Assembly: GCA_012518275.1 (NCBI GenBank)
Contig: JAAYSS010000065.1
Span: forward strand, 15,995-79,994
Direction: 5' to 3'
From: Bacteroidales bacterium
Lineage (GTDB): Bacteria > Bacteroidota > Bacteroidia > Bacteroidales > Paludibacteraceae
Length of the DNA: 64,000 nt
Below, piece by piece: positions 8,561-18,541 of this stretch. The notes under the pieces are model-generated. The model saw only the letters and a list, made by a program, of their open reading frames with translations. It searched no databases and had not been told where the DNA came from. How positions within the stretch are numbered: the first letter of the stretch is position 1; each line of letters starts with the position of its first letter. The position numbers were made by a program, and so were the translations under genes.

Positions 8561-10651
8561 CTATTTTATCCCGTGCCTTGTAAGCAGTGCATTGATATCG
8601 GGTTCTTTTCCACGGAAGCGTTTGTAAAGTACCATTGGATGCTCGCTGCCACCTTTTTCAAGGATGTTGATACGGAAGCTATCGGCAGTCTTTTTATCAA
8701 AAATACCTTTTTCCTGAAATACAGAAAACGCATCAGCATCAAGCACTTCTGCCCACTTATAACTGTAATATCCGGCAGCGTATCCGCCTGAGAAAATGTG
8801 GCTGAAAGTCGGGCTCATTGCCGTATTTTCTACAACGGGAAGTATTTGGGTTTTAGCCATAGCTTCTTTTTCAAAGGTAATCGGGTCGCCATTAAATGGT
8901 TTTTCAAGCGTGTGCCAAGCCATATCCAAAAATCCGAAACTCAATTGACGAAGTGTGAAATAAGCTGTGTTGAAATTTTGGGCGTCTTTAATTTTTTGAA
9001 TGAGTTCAGCAGGCATTTTTTCGCCGGTTTCGTAGTGAACGGCAAATTGGTCCAAGAATTCTTTTTCTACAGCCCAGTTTTCCATAATTTGCGACGGAAG
9101 TTCTACAAAGTCACGATAAACACTTGTTCCTGAGAGGCTTGAATAAGTTGAGTTTGCTAACATTCCGTGCAATGCATGTCCAAATTCGTGGAGCATCGTT
9201 GTAACTTCGTTAAATGTGAGCAGCGCTGGTTTGGTTACAGTCGGGCGTGTGAAATTCATCACGTTGGTAATGTGTGGGCGGCTGTCTTTTTTACCATCTT
9301 TCCATTGGTCTTTCGTGCTACTCATCCAAGCTCCTGCACGCTTCCCGTCGCGCGGATGGTAGTCGGTGTAAAGCACTGCTACGAATCTACCTTTATTATC
9401 AGTTACATCATAAGCTTTCACTTCGGGATGATAAACCTGAATGTTCGGATTTTCTTTGAAATTCAGTCCGTAAAGCTTGTTTGAAAGCCAAAACACACCC
9501 TGTTTTACTCTTTCAAGCTCGAAATAGGGCTTCAGCATCTCGTCGTTCAAGTTGAATTTTTCGGCTTTCAATTTTTCGGAATAATATGCCCAGTCCCAAG
9601 GTTGAACTTTGAAATAAGCTCCGTTTTTATCGGCAAAAGCCTGAACTTCGGCATATTCTTTTTCAGCGGTTGGCTTGTAGGCATTCAGCAGGTTATTCAA
9701 TAATTCGTAAACATTTTCTGAATTTTCAGCCATTCTTTTTTGTAGCACGTGTTCGGCGTAATTTTTCTGTCCGAGAAGTTTAGCTATTTCAAGGCGCAGA
9801 TTGGCAATCTTCTTGATGTTTTCCCGATTGTCGAACTCACCGCCAACTAAGCATTTTGTGGAATTTGCCATATAAAGCTCGCGGCGCAAATCGCGGTTGT
9901 CGGCATATTTCATAACCGGAATAGTGCTCGTAGCTTTCAGATTGATTAGCCAGCCTTCTTTTCCGGCTTTTTTAGCATTTTCTGCAAGCATATCCATTAC
10001 GTCGTCCGGCAGCCCTTTCAGCGTTTCCTTGTTGGTAATGAGCATTTCGTATTTGTTGGTTTCTTTCAAAACATTCTGCCCAAAAGTAAGCGTGAGCAAG
10101 CTGAGTTCCTTTGAAAGTTCACGGTATTTGGCTTTGTCGGCATCTGAAAGATTGGCACCGTTGTCAGCAAAACCGGTATAGGTTTCGGTAAGAAGCGTCA
10201 TTTGCTCAGGTGTTAATTTCAACTTGTCTTTTTTGTCATAAACAGCCTTGATACGAGCGAATAACTTATCATTCAAGCGGATGTAATTGCTATGTTCACT
10301 CAATTTAGGTGATAAATCTTGTGCGATTTTTTGCAAATCATCGTTGGTCTCTGCCCCTAAAAGTGCGTAAAAAGGAGCTGCTACCTTGGAAAGCAATCTT
10401 CCGGATTTGTCAAGCGCTTCGATTGTATTTGCAAAAGTCGGAGCTTTCGGATTGTTTATAATGGCTTTAATTTCAGCCTTATGAACTTTCATCGCTTCAT
10501 CAAAAGCCGGTGCAAAATGTTCGATTTTCAGCTCGTTGAAAGGAACAGTTTGATGTGGGGTTTTATATTCTCTGAGAAGTGGATTTGCAGCAAATGTGGC
10601 GGCAGAAATCATCATAACGATCATAAATACTATTGTTTTATTTCTTAACAT
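8561..10651 (-). CDS. dcp: M3-family peptidyl-dipeptidase (Dcp-like), signal peptide
   Basis: 696 aa; HEFGHALH zinc motif, DFVELPSQ, GYAAGYYSYKWAE. Confidence 0.9.
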   Translation of the reverse strand: MLRNKTIVFMIVMMISAATFAANPLLREYKTPHQTVPFNELKIEHFAPAFDEAMKVHKAEIKAIINNPKAPTFANTIEALDKSGRLLSKVAAPFYALLGAETNDDLQKIAQDLSPKLSEHSNYIRLNDKLFARIKAVYDKKDKLKLTPEQMTLLTETYTGFADNGANLSDADKAKYRELSKELSLLTLTFGQNVLKETNKYEMLITNKETLKGLPDDVMDMLAENAKKAGKEGWLINLKATSTIPVMKYADNRDLRRELYMANSTKCLVGGEFDNRENIKKIANLRLEIAKLLGQKNYAEHVLQKRMAENSENVYELLNNLLNAYKPTAEKEYAEVQAFADKNGAYFKVQPWDWAYYSEKLKAEKFNLNDEMLKPYFELERVKQGVFWLSNKLYGLNFKENPNIQVYHPEVKAYDVTDNKGRFVAVLYTDYHPRDGKRAGAWMSSTKDQWKDGKKDSRPHITNVMNFTRPTVTKPALLTFNEVTTMLHEFGHALHGMLANSTYSSLSGTSVYRDFVELPSQIMENWAVEKEFLDQFAVHYETGEKMPAELIQKIKDAQNFNTAYFTLRQLSFGFLDMAWHTLEKPFNGDPITFEKEAMAKTQILPVVENTAMSPTFSHIFSGGYAAGYYSYKWAEVLDADAFSVFQEKGIFDKKTADSFRINILEKGGSEHPMVLYKRFRGKEPDINALLTRHGIK

Positions 10652-10700
10652 TGTTTGTTTTTTTTGAATTTTTAGATGATAAATTAATTTTTCAAAGGGA

Positions 10701-12059
10701 TCAATTGCCTTCTTTTATAAGCTTCTGAGTTTTTATGCCTTGCGGAGTAAATACTCGTAGCAGGTAAATTCCGGGTTTGAAGCTTGCTAGGTCTATAACG
10801 CCTGAGCGCTCTTTTTGTTCTTTTTCGAGAATTGTTTTTCCGCTCAAATCAGTTACTATCCACCGATTAACTTCATAAATTTCACTGTTGAAATAAAAAA
10901 TAGCTTTTGATGGGTTAGGATAAACATTGATTTTATTTCTTGCGTCAAAGGAGTTTCGAACAGTCGTGGCAGTATCAGTTATCTCCGTATAATTAATTTC
11001 TATACGACTCCCTTGCGACATTAACATTTCATTGTTAAATTGATAAGGAATGAATGTGTTGAAAAGTTCTCCTTTCTCACCGCCCCAAAATTCATTTTTT
11101 GCTTCTATTAGATTAGCACGCGAGTATTGGAAATCTGAGTAAACTACCGACCAAGCAGGGCGAAAATCATTGAAAATAGGCAAGTAAGTTGTTTTTTTAG
11201 TTAGCAGTCCGTTTGTGTTGTATTGATATTCATGCTTCAAATCGTTGATCCATACTGCTCCGCTCCAATGTTGGTAAGTCTCAGCTGTTAGACGGTGAGA
11301 AATATCGTATTGATATTCTGCCATTTGAGAATTAACCCAAACACCAGACTTATTGTTCCATATTTTTCGTATTTCGGATGATTTAAAAGGAAAGTTTGAT
11401 TTATAATAATAGTTTGTCAAAGAAGAATTAACCCAAACATCATTCTCTTTTACCTTTGTCAATATCGATTTTACTTGCTTCAAGTCATTGTATGTAAACT
11501 CCACTTTACTTTCAGATGTTGGAATACCGTTTGTAAATTCATGCAAAAGCATTGAATCAATCCTATTTTCAGTGTAAAAAAACTTTACGTCAGACATCGG
11601 CAGCCAGGCAGTATTTATCCAGTTGTATTCTGTTTTAATGTCAAGCAGCCCTTCTTTGTAAGTGTAAACTGTTTTACAGATATTTTCTGGTGCTCCGGAA
11701 CGTGTATTTAAGTGCGTTTCAGTTGTGAGCAGAGTATCGGTGTATTCAAATCTTATTAAGTGTTCTGGTTGCCACTCAAATTCTTTCCAAGTACGCAAAT
11801 GCTGTTCCGTACAAACTCCGTTTTCAAAAACCCACTCAGTTAACTCTCTTTTGTGCCAATTATCGTTGATTAAAACCCACTTTGTTTCAAGCGTTTTGAT
11901 CCCGTTTTCGTTATAATTATACAAATAACGAAAAATACTGTCGCCTTGCGTTAATCGCACTTCGGTAATAAGCGGATTCTCGCTTTGAGCCAGAAGAGTA
12001 AATACCGAACATAGGCAGAAAGCAATACATAAAGACAATTTACGAAGTGTCGGTAGCAT
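10701..12059 (-). CDS. T9SS type-A cargo protein with Trp/Tyr-rich beta-hairpin repeats
   Basis: Signal peptide; repeats like WVNSQMAEYQY and WINDLKHEYQY; C-terminal VYPNPS..DLSGK..PGIYLLRV..QKLIK sorting signal. Confidence 0.8.
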   Translation of the reverse strand: MLPTLRKLSLCIAFCLCSVFTLLAQSENPLITEVRLTQGDSIFRYLYNYNENGIKTLETKWVLINDNWHKRELTEWVFENGVCTEQHLRTWKEFEWQPEHLIRFEYTDTLLTTETHLNTRSGAPENICKTVYTYKEGLLDIKTEYNWINTAWLPMSDVKFFYTENRIDSMLLHEFTNGIPTSESKVEFTYNDLKQVKSILTKVKENDVWVNSSLTNYYYKSNFPFKSSEIRKIWNNKSGVWVNSQMAEYQYDISHRLTAETYQHWSGAVWINDLKHEYQYNTNGLLTKKTTYLPIFNDFRPAWSVVYSDFQYSRANLIEAKNEFWGGEKGELFNTFIPYQFNNEMLMSQGSRIEINYTEITDTATTVRNSFDARNKINVYPNPSKAIFYFNSEIYEVNRWIVTDLSGKTILEKEQKERSGVIDLASFKPGIYLLRVFTPQGIKTQKLIKEGN

Positions 12060-12235
12060 AATCTTAAGGGTTAGGATACTATGTTTTTTATTAAACGGTC
12101 AAAGATAGATACATTTTTTTAAATCACAAAATCCTATTTCTCTCTTTATGAAGGTGAAAATTACCAAAATGCTTTTCAAAATGCGGATAATTCCGTAATA
12201 TTGCATTTTGAAAAACCAAATAAAAAAACTCGAAT

Positions 12236-12889
12236 ATGAAACAGATTTTTGCTCCCTATGTGGATGATTTGAACAGAATAACTATTGAGAAAGCGAGTGT
12301 CCTTCTTGACGAAGTTGGCGCCAAAGATGTGATTGAAACTATAAATTGGCCCAATCAATATCCGTACAAACCGGAAACAAATTTCCGAATAGCACGCTCA
12401 AAAGATGCTATTTTTATCAAATATTCGGTAAATGGTTCCATGTTGAAAGCTGTTTATACAGAAGACCACTCATCGGTACATGAAGATAGTTGCGTAGAGT
12501 TTTTCTGTATGCCTGAAGGTGCTGAAAAATACACAAACTTTGAGTTTAACTGTATCGGAACATGCTCTGCTAGCAGCCGTAAAGGACGAAGTGAAGATGT
12601 GGTCCCTTTTTCGGCGAAAGAGATGAAAAGTATTGAGCGGTACTCGTCAGTTGGCACAGAACCATTTCAAGAAAAGGACGGAATGTTTGAATGGAATTTG
12701 ACTGTGAAGATCCCGATGAAGTTGATGGGATTGGATACTGAAAATCTGCCTGAAAAAATTCGCGCTAATTTCTACAAATGTGCTGATGATACAAAATCTA
12801 TCCACTTTGTAAGTTGGGCGCCAATACAAATAGAAAATCCGGATTTTCACAGACCCGAATTTTTTGGTGAGTTGTTTTTTACAAACTAA
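12236..12889 (+). CDS. carbohydrate-binding family 9-like protein
   Basis: EDSCVEFF, YTNFEFNCIG, RANFYKC, PDFHRPEFFG motifs. Confidence 0.8.
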   Translation: MKQIFAPYVDDLNRITIEKASVLLDEVGAKDVIETINWPNQYPYKPETNFRIARSKDAIFIKYSVNGSMLKAVYTEDHSSVHEDSCVEFFCMPEGAEKYTNFEFNCIGTCSASSRKGRSEDVVPFSAKEMKSIERYSSVGTEPFQEKDGMFEWNLTVKIPMKLMGLDTENLPEKIRANFYKCADDTKSIHFVSWAPIQIENPDFHRPEFFGELFFTN

Positions 12890-12925
12890 CGAAAGACATT
12901 GGCTTTAAAAAAGAGATAGCAAGAA

Positions 12926-13189
12926 TCAAATTATTTCAGCTTCTGTCTCTTCTACAGCATTTCCTTTTTCAGCTTCGTAGTTATCCACCATTTTATCCAA
13001 AATGGCAATTATTACGTACGGAGCTGCCAGTTTTGCCACATTTGTAACTGCGTTTAGTGTTTTCGTCCGCTTGTTTCTGCTGGCATAGAGAAACAGTCCG
13101 CCACCGATTACCGCTCCTACTATGAAACTGACCGGAAGTTTCGGAGCTTTCTTTTTAAATGCCTGTATTGCTTTCTTTTTGCTGTTCAT
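12926..13189 (-). CDS. small hypothetical membrane-anchored protein
   Basis: 87 aa; basic N-terminus, one hydrophobic GAVIGGG helix, acidic tail; A-rich start context. Confidence 0.6.
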   Translation of the reverse strand: MNSKKKAIQAFKKKAPKLPVSFIVGAVIGGGLFLYASRNKRTKTLNAVTNVAKLAAPYVIIAILDKMVDNYEAEKGNAVEETEAEII

Positions 13190-13373
13190 GATATTTAGGC
13201 TTAGCTGTTTACTGTTACTTAAATTCTCTTATTTTCACTTGCCACGGTTGCAAAGGAAAAGAATATGTATTGATAAAACAAAACCGAAATCAGATTAGTT
13301 TATTTTTTCTTAATAAAAACTTTTTTATTTCGCTCATATTTGCAACTTTGATTATTTTTGCAAAAAATCACGC

Positions 13374-14675
13374 ATGAAACTTTACGAAATATATAAATCT
13401 CATTCGATAATTTCTACAGACAGTCGTACGTGTCCGGTGGGTTCTTTGTTTTTTGCTTTGAAAGGAGAAAATTTTGATGCAAATGCTTTTGCGCTCGGAG
13501 CTCTTGAAAAAGGGGCTTCTTACGCGGTAATCGATAAACCTGAATATGCGGTGGATGAGCGGTTTATATTGGTCAATGATTCGTTGAAAACGTTACAAGA
13601 TTTGGCGAGATTTCATCGTCGGCAGCTTGGCACGAAAATTATCGGTATCACCGGAACGAACGGGAAAACGACTACAAAAGAGTTGATTGCTACCGTATTA
13701 AGTCAAAAATTTAACACCCATTTTACACAAGGAAATTTCAACAATCACATTGGGGTGCCGCTTACGTTGCTTCAACTAAAACCAGAACATGAAATTGCTG
13801 TGGTGGAAATGGGTGCGAATCATCCGGGCGAAATAAAGTTGCTTACTGAAATCGCCGAACCTGATTTTGGACTTATTACTAACGTGGGAAAAGCGCATTT
13901 GGAAGGCTTTGGTTCATTTGAAGGTGTGAAGAAAACAAAGGCAGAACTGTATGACTTTTTACGCCAGCACAACGGCAAAATTTTCCTAAACGAAGAAAAT
14001 GAAAACCTGCAGGAAATGGCTCAAAAATCGGGATTTTCGGAAAAACACAGCATACTCGGTTATGCTCTTAACAGTAGGATTGAAGGTAAGTTGGCGACAG
14101 GAAAAATAGTTTCCGGTTCTCCATTTCTTGAAATGGAATGCTCAACTTCAGAAGGAAGTTTTGGTGTAAAAACTCAACTTATAGGCAGATACAATGCAGA
14201 AAACGTACTTGCTGCTGTTTCAATTGGAGCATTTTTTGGCATTTCAAACGAGAAAATTAAGTTTGCACTTGAAAATTATCAGCCACAAAACAACCGTTCT
14301 CAATACATACAAACCGCTAAAAATAGGCTGATTATTGATGCGTACAATGCTAATCCGACAAGTATGCAGGCTGCAATTTTGAACTTTGCAGAAATGGAAG
14401 ACGAGAATAAAACGCTGATAATAGGTGATATGCTTGAACTTGGAGAGCAGTCGGACGCAGAACATCAACGAATTGTGGATTTGATTGTAGAAAAAGGCTT
14501 TACGGATGTTTTTCTAGTAGGCAAATGTTTTCAAGCTGTGAAAAGTAATTTTATTAACTTTGCAGATGTGGATGAATTGACCGTTTATTTACAAAAAAAT
14601 CCGTTTCAAAATCGCTTTATCTTGGTAAAAGGTTCGCACGGAATTCATTTGGAAAAAATTATCGGCGAACTGTAA
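13374..14675 (+). CDS. murF: UDP-N-acetylmuramoyl-tripeptide--D-Ala-D-Ala ligase
   Basis: GITGTNGKTTTKE, NFNNHIGVP, EMGANH, DAYNANPTSM, GDMLELG, VKGS. Confidence 0.96.
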   Translation: MKLYEIYKSHSIISTDSRTCPVGSLFFALKGENFDANAFALGALEKGASYAVIDKPEYAVDERFILVNDSLKTLQDLARFHRRQLGTKIIGITGTNGKTTTKELIATVLSQKFNTHFTQGNFNNHIGVPLTLLQLKPEHEIAVVEMGANHPGEIKLLTEIAEPDFGLITNVGKAHLEGFGSFEGVKKTKAELYDFLRQHNGKIFLNEENENLQEMAQKSGFSEKHSILGYALNSRIEGKLATGKIVSGSPFLEMECSTSEGSFGVKTQLIGRYNAENVLAAVSIGAFFGISNEKIKFALENYQPQNNRSQYIQTAKNRLIIDAYNANPTSMQAAILNFAEMEDENKTLIIGDMLELGEQSDAEHQRIVDLIVEKGFTDVFLVGKCFQAVKSNFINFADVDELTVYLQKNPFQNRFILVKGSHGIHLEKIIGEL

Positions 14676-14733
14676 TGTTTTAGTTAAAACCGGGAACGGG
14701 TAGAATGTAGAATACTGTAATTTTAGAAATTTT

Positions 14734-15627
14734 ATGGAAAAGAAAAAACTAACCACTTTATTGGCTGTGTTGGGAGTCGTCATTGCGTTGCTGATTGTCG
14801 GTTTGATTGTGTTTGCAAATAAATCAAAGAAGCAAAGCAAGCAGCTGGCTGAAACTGAGCAGTTTATGGAAGAAGAAAAACAGCAGATGGTTACTGAAGT
14901 GGAAGCCATTGCCGATGAGATGGAAGGCTTTACGCTATACGTTCATAACGATTCGCTGTTGCGGGAATTTGATATGCAGAAGCAGAAAATCAAAGAGCTG
15001 CAAGATGAACTTCGCCGAACAAAAGCCACCAATGCAAAACGAATTTCTGAACTGAAAGCCGAAATTGCCACGTTACGAAAACTGCTGGCGCACTACATTG
15101 AACAGATTGACTCTCTAAATTCACAGAACCAGCGGCTTACCACAGAAAACATCGAAGTGAAACAACGTTTCCAAAACGTATCAGCCACTGCCGAACAGTT
15201 GGCAAAGGAGCGTGAGTCACTCACCGAAACCGTGAGCCGCGCAGCCATTCTGGAAGCTCACAGCATCAGTGTTACACCGCTTGACGGGCGCGAACGGAAA
15301 ACGGAACGCGCTACCCGTATGCGTACATTGAAATTTAACTTTACGATTGGCAAAAACATTACTGCGGCGCCCGGGATGAAAACTGTGTATTTGCGCCTAA
15401 CAAGACCCGACGACGAACTGATGACCAAAGGTGGCGGCACTTTCCCCTACGAAAACGGTAATATAGGCTATTCCATTAAAAAAGAAATTGAATACAGTGG
15501 CGAAGCATACAGTGACGTGATGTACTGGAATGTGGATGAAGTATTGCAGCTTGGAACTTATCGAATTGATTTGTTTGCAGATGGAAACCGGATTGGAAGT
15601 CAGTCGTTCCGAATTGAGAAAAATTAA
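14734..15627 (+). CDS. conserved hypothetical: N-terminal TM, long coiled coil, C-terminal beta domain
   Basis: 297 aa; hydrophobic residues ~7-28, heptad-rich ~35-170, beta-rich C-terminus. Confidence 0.75.
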   Translation: MEKKKLTTLLAVLGVVIALLIVGLIVFANKSKKQSKQLAETEQFMEEEKQQMVTEVEAIADEMEGFTLYVHNDSLLREFDMQKQKIKELQDELRRTKATNAKRISELKAEIATLRKLLAHYIEQIDSLNSQNQRLTTENIEVKQRFQNVSATAEQLAKERESLTETVSRAAILEAHSISVTPLDGRERKTERATRMRTLKFNFTIGKNITAAPGMKTVYLRLTRPDDELMTKGGGTFPYENGNIGYSIKKEIEYSGEAYSDVMYWNVDEVLQLGTYRIDLFADGNRIGSQSFRIEKN

Positions 15628-16072
15628 ATTTCTTTTAACTTTTAAATGTTGCAATTGTGTTTACTTTGTTTGTAATCTTTATTTATGTGCCAATTTGCTA
15701 TGTTAGTGTGCGGTTGTTTGGAAAGGACAACGGGTTAAAAGGATATAGACTGGAAGCTACGCTTACTGTCATCAGTTTGACACCGTTTTTGGGTATTCCC
15801 TTAGCCAATTATGCTTTTTCGGACAGCTAATCAATCATTTTCTGCTACCGACAGGTTTGTAATTCGTACTTTGCTTGCCGATATCTTTTAACAGAGCAAA
15901 CGAGGTTTTAGCAAAATGGATTTATCAAATTTCACGCTTTTTATCAGCAGGCTTATTCAGACGCGGCTAATCGCAAAGAAATTCTAAAATAAAAGGATTT
16001 AAACAGAAAAATACTTACATTTGCGAAGAATTATTTTCTCTTTGATTATACTCAAATTCAACTTTTTTAGAT

Positions 16073-16555
16073 ATGAAATTATTTTCATTCCAACGAATTT
16101 TTCCGATACTCGGATTGTTTGTTTTTATCCTGCTCTTTTCCGCTTGCGAAAAATCGGATAAATACATCGATTGGAAAATTATAAATCAAGATTGGTACAA
16201 TCAACACAAAAATGACCCGGGCTTTACCGTAACCGAGTCCGGTCTTGTTTATCGACGTGTCGGTCCTAAAGCCAATCCGGCCGACAGAACACCGAATGCG
16301 AATGATGTTGTGATTGTAAATTATGAAGGAAAATATATTGATGGAATTACGTTTGAAGATGCTAAAAATAAACCCATTACTTTAAGTGGAGTAGTTCCGG
16401 GCTTTCAAGAAGCGCTTCTGAAAATGAAGCAAGGAGAAATTTTTGAGTTTTACATACCTTTTGAAATTGGCTATGGAAAAAAAGGAAGAGGCAACATCCC
16501 ACCTTATACTACGTTAATATATCAGGTTGAATTGCTCGAGTCAAAAGCCTATTGA
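16073..16555 (+). CDS. FKBP-type peptidyl-prolyl isomerase lipoprotein
   Basis: Lipobox FSAC; TESGLVY, VNYEGKYIDG, VPGFQEAL, IPPYTTLIYQVEL. Confidence 0.9.
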   Translation: MKLFSFQRIFPILGLFVFILLFSACEKSDKYIDWKIINQDWYNQHKNDPGFTVTESGLVYRRVGPKANPADRTPNANDVVIVNYEGKYIDGITFEDAKNKPITLSGVVPGFQEALLKMKQGEIFEFYIPFEIGYGKKGRGNIPPYTTLIYQVELLESKAY

Positions 16556-16557
16556 AA

Positions 16558-17883
16558 ATGAAGAGAATCGGTTACATATTCTTGCTGTGTGTCCTTTCGT
16601 TTCCCTTGTTCGGACAGAGCTATACAGTGGAATCTGTGCCTAATCCCCAAGAAGCTGCCGTTCCAAGTTTCGTGAGCGACCCCGACAACCTGCTGAAACC
16701 TGAAACCGAATTAATCATCAACACGCAGATTGACTCGCTGTGGAAAGTAAACGATACCGAAATGGCGGTCGTGGTGCTGAATTCCATCGGTTTCGAGAAT
16801 GAAGATGACTTTGCCAACCGACTTTACAACCACTGGGGAATTGGTGGAAAATCGCAAAACAACGGCGTGCTACTGCTTGTCGTTCAAGACATCAGACGCA
16901 TCGTGATACGTACAGGCTATGGCGTGGAAGGCATTCTGCCCGACATCACGGCGCACCGTATTATTTCAGACATCATCGTGCCGCACTTTAGAAACGGCGA
17001 TATTGATGCCGGTGTTATTGCTGGAGTGGACGGCGTCATCCGCGTCATTCGTGAAGAACCCTTCGTGAAGGAAACTCGCAAGCCGGTAAATTGGGGCGAA
17101 GCGCTACCTTACGCCGCTGCCGGATACATCATTTTCATGTTTCTTACTTTACTGTGGATTGTAACTGCTGTTCGCAAGGTGCATCAAAACAAAGTCCTTT
17201 CCACGAACTTAGCGCGTTACAAAGCCATCAAAGACCAAAATAAAGCTACGTATGCCATTTCTGCGTTCACGTTTCCGATGATTGCATTTTTTATCATTCT
17301 TTTTTTCTTCCGCTTCGAATACATTTTGCTGCTTCTTCCGGCGCCGATTGCCGCCCTGCCTGCGTATTTGTATGGAAGACGAAAAATGTACAAAGCGCGT
17401 CGTGCGCCGATTCCCTGCAATGTTTGCAGCAATAAAATGCACATGCTTTCCGAGCGGGAAGAAGACACGCGGCTGAAGGTTTCGCAACAATTCGAAGAAA
17501 AACTGAACACGGTGGATTACGATGTTTTTGTGTGCGACAACTGCCAGAACGAAGCGGTATTCTCGCTTGATAAATTCAATGCGTACACGCGATGCCCGCG
17601 TTGCAACACAAAGGCGTACATCCTGCATTCCAAACGAACGGTTTTGATGCCGACCTATTTCAATTCAGGCACACAGAGAAGTACTTTCAAGTGCAAGTTT
17701 TGCGGATTTGAAGATCATAACGACACGAAAATTCCACGGTTAAGACGCACAGCCGCATTTACCGGAGGCGCAGTTGGCGGCGGAGTTTTCAGCGGACGGG
17801 GTGGATTTGGCGGTGGAGGCTTCGGAGGCGGAGGATTTGGAGGAGGAATGACGGGCGGAGGCGGTGCTTCCGGTGGGTGGTAG
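16558..17883 (+). CDS. TPM-domain membrane protein with double Zn-ribbon and Gly-rich tail
   Basis: TPM motifs WGIG..NNGVL..RTGYGVEGILPD; 3 TMs; CNVC/CDNC/CPRC/CKFC; ends GGGGASGGW. ATG 16558 chosen over TTG 16552. Confidence 0.88.
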   Translation: MKRIGYIFLLCVLSFPLFGQSYTVESVPNPQEAAVPSFVSDPDNLLKPETELIINTQIDSLWKVNDTEMAVVVLNSIGFENEDDFANRLYNHWGIGGKSQNNGVLLLVVQDIRRIVIRTGYGVEGILPDITAHRIISDIIVPHFRNGDIDAGVIAGVDGVIRVIREEPFVKETRKPVNWGEALPYAAAGYIIFMFLTLLWIVTAVRKVHQNKVLSTNLARYKAIKDQNKATYAISAFTFPMIAFFIILFFFRFEYILLLLPAPIAALPAYLYGRRKMYKARRAPIPCNVCSNKMHMLSEREEDTRLKVSQQFEEKLNTVDYDVFVCDNCQNEAVFSLDKFNAYTRCPRCNTKAYILHSKRTVLMPTYFNSGTQRSTFKCKFCGFEDHNDTKIPRLRRTAAFTGGAVGGGVFSGRGGFGGGGFGGGGFGGGMTGGGGASGGW

Positions 17884-17936
17884 GTAATTTATTTACGATA
17901 GAATTTTTACATTTATAAATATTAATACATTCAATT

Positions 17937-18527
17937 ATGAAAAAAGGTGGTATCAGTTTCTTAATTATTTTAGGAATACTTGCAGTCTTATTTTTGTGGG
18001 GAGTAGGCGGTTACAATGGGCTTGTTGCTTCACAAGAATCCCTGAATAAAGCATGGGCAAATGTGGAAAACCAGTATCAGCGTCGCGCTGACTTGATTCC
18101 AAACTTAGTGGAAACCGTGAAAGGTTACGCGAAACACGAAAGCGGAACGCTCGAAGCGGTAGTAAATGCCCGTTCAAAAGCTACTCAGATGACCGTTGAC
18201 CCGAACAATTTGACGCCTGAAAAATTACAGGAATTTCAAGCAGCTCAAGGCGAGTTAAGCAACGCTCTTGGACGTTTACTTTTACTTCGCGAAGCGTACC
18301 CGGATTTGAAAGCAAATCAGAATTTCCAAGAACTTCAAAAACAACTGGAAGGAACGGAAAACAGAATCACGGTAGCCCGCGATGCATTCAACCAAGAAGT
18401 TCAAAATTACAATACCCTTGTAAGAAGATTCCCGAAAAATATTTTGGCAAAAATTTTCGGTTTTGATCGCAAACCCACTTTCGAAGCTGAAAAAGGAGCT
18501 GAACAAGCACCGGAAGTGAAATTTTAA
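17937..18527 (+). CDS. lemA: LemA family protein
   Basis: YNGLV..WANVENQYQRRADLIPNLV..YPDLKANQNF..TENRI. Confidence 0.95.
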   Translation: MKKGGISFLIILGILAVLFLWGVGGYNGLVASQESLNKAWANVENQYQRRADLIPNLVETVKGYAKHESGTLEAVVNARSKATQMTVDPNNLTPEKLQEFQAAQGELSNALGRLLLLREAYPDLKANQNFQELQKQLEGTENRITVARDAFNQEVQNYNTLVRRFPKNILAKIFGFDRKPTFEAEKGAEQAPEVKF

Positions 18528-18541
18528 TATAAATCAATTTT

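Noticed and set aside
17770..17880. GGN-rich tandem repeats
   Set aside because: They encode the Gly-rich tail usual in TPM-family proteins.
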